Notes under the pieces: model-generated
The model's database searches: none
Told to the model about the DNA's origin: nothing
The model's input: the letters and a program-made list of their open reading frames with translations, nothing else
Made by a program: the position numbers and the translations under genes
Assembly: GCA_036172245.1 (NCBI GenBank)
Contig: JAYWIR010000010.1
Coordinates: 2,914,001 to 2,978,000 of the forward strand
Direction: 5' to 3'
DNA length: 64,000 bases
Source of the DNA: Raillietiella orientalis
Lineage: Eukaryota
Shown: positions 62,599 through 64,000 of the stretch, one piece after another
How the letters are laid out: each line of letters starts with the position of its first letter
Position numbering within the stretch: position 1 is the stretch's first letter

Positions 62599-64000
62599 TG
62601 GCAGTCAGGTCTTCCCACATTCTTCTCGGAAAGAGATGCGAAGGGAGATTCTTCTCCTCATTGTTCTGAATGAACGGAGAGCTGGTGCTCTCCGTTCTTT
62701 CAGAACAATTGAGAATTTCTGGGGGTGTTGGACAGCAGCTCCCTAGCATGCACACGCGTCGGAACCGAGGGGAATTCCGTCCCCCATTGTCTCAGCGGAG
62801 TCTCCAGGGAGTGCCAGCCGATCTTCGGAATGGCGGTGACAGGAATGTCCAAGTGTCGTGGGGTGGGACGGAAGCAAAAAGAGCCTGCGGTGGAGATGGC
62901 AAGAGAATTCGCGGGGAAGCGGAGAATGCAATGTCAACGGAGTGCGCGCGGAGGAGACAAGGAGCCATTTGAGACCGGCGATGAAACGGGAGGACGTAAT
63001 TAATTATTGGAGAGGAAGCAGCGCGCGATGCCGCTGCCGAACCCTATGAATGCCCTCCGAAGATTTACTGGCACTTAAGACCCGCTCCGACCGCTGGGCG
63101 CGGAGTGCTTTATGGGACCTTAAGGGCTGCCTGGCGATGCAGATGCTCGGATGTCGTCGCCGAGCGCTATCGCTCCCGTGTGATGCACGGGTGGGGTGGG
63201 GGCTTCCGGGAATTATCCGAAGCGGTGACGAAGGTCAGAGACTCCCTCATCGCGTCTTTCGCGGCACTGGGTTCTTGCGGAAGAGGACGGAGACGCCAGA
63301 CCGCTCGTTCCAGATCTGAGACGCTTCCCCAGAGAGCAGGCAGGCGAGTCCTCCCTGGGCCGGGACCTACAAGAGACTGACCGCTGAAGAAGGGCCTTGT
63401 GACGCCGATCATCAACGGTGTTGGAAGACGCTGTGGAGGAGGTGGCAAAGGATTTTGTTTCCAGCTCTTATCCCTACCAACATCAGTCCGCGTTGGCTCC
63501 CGTATGGCTGCGGTCTCCGCGCGTGGCACCGAGCCTTTGCGGATTCGAATCCCCACGTGGAGGATTGGAACTTCGATAATGGATGAGTTCTGGGTTTCAA
63601 GTCCCCCTCCTCTCCCAGCAGGACGACGCTGGTTGGCCTATAGGCTTCCGATGCGGCACTGGCCGAAACCGGAAGCGGGGTAACCCCGTTGAGTGGCCGA
63701 GATTTGGAAGTTGATCCTCGGGTCCTCCCAGGAATCAAGGATCGACTTCAGTCCTCCATCGTGTACCATGGAGCTGGTTGATACCTCCTTCGGGAGGTCT
63801 CTAGAGTGTCAGAAGCTCGCTGCTCCCTTCAGGGAGCGCCCTCCAGAGAAATGTGGAAGCGTCCCTTCGAAGTTCCCTTTGATGGAAAAAACAAGGAGAG
63901 GTGAGTCCGATTTACAAAGCGCTGCGGGTGCTGCTGCCTTGCCTGTGCGGTCCGGGGGTCGACCAGAGTCGAAAGGATGGCCTTCAGTGTGCAAGACGAG

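Noticed and set aside
1..64000. Prokaryotic-type systems (CRISPR arrays, operons, defence islands), rRNA genes, intact transposons
   Set aside because: The sequence is intron-rich eukaryotic DNA. I found no regular repeat-spacer array, no long bacterial-like ORFs, and no rRNA or transposase signatures.

Overview
This is eukaryotic, most likely arthropod, genomic DNA. The species cannot be assigned from sequence alone. The window is dominated by one large minus-strand, multi-exon gene of the Sidestep (Side) family of immunoglobulin-superfamily cell-surface proteins, often auto-annotated as nephrin-like. I traced ten coding exons by hand from 43633 down to 2028. All have canonical AG/GT splice sites and mutually compatible phases. 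They join into 1842 nt of open frame (about 614 codons) encoding five Ig domains and one FN3 domain. I found no transmembrane or cytoplasmic exon in 1-2025, so these probably lie beyond the left edge. The 5' end is unresolved: there are competing signal-peptide exon candidates at 52886-53025 and 46687-46749, and 51.8-54.4 kb could instead be the 3' end of an upstream gene. The rest is intronic or intergenic DNA with simple repeats, two short hairpins, one imperfect direct repeat, a possible decayed insertion and candidate enhancer motif clusters. Almost all ORFs in the six-frame track look spurious. I found no convincing evidence of a novel biological system, CRISPR array, RNA gene or intact transposon.
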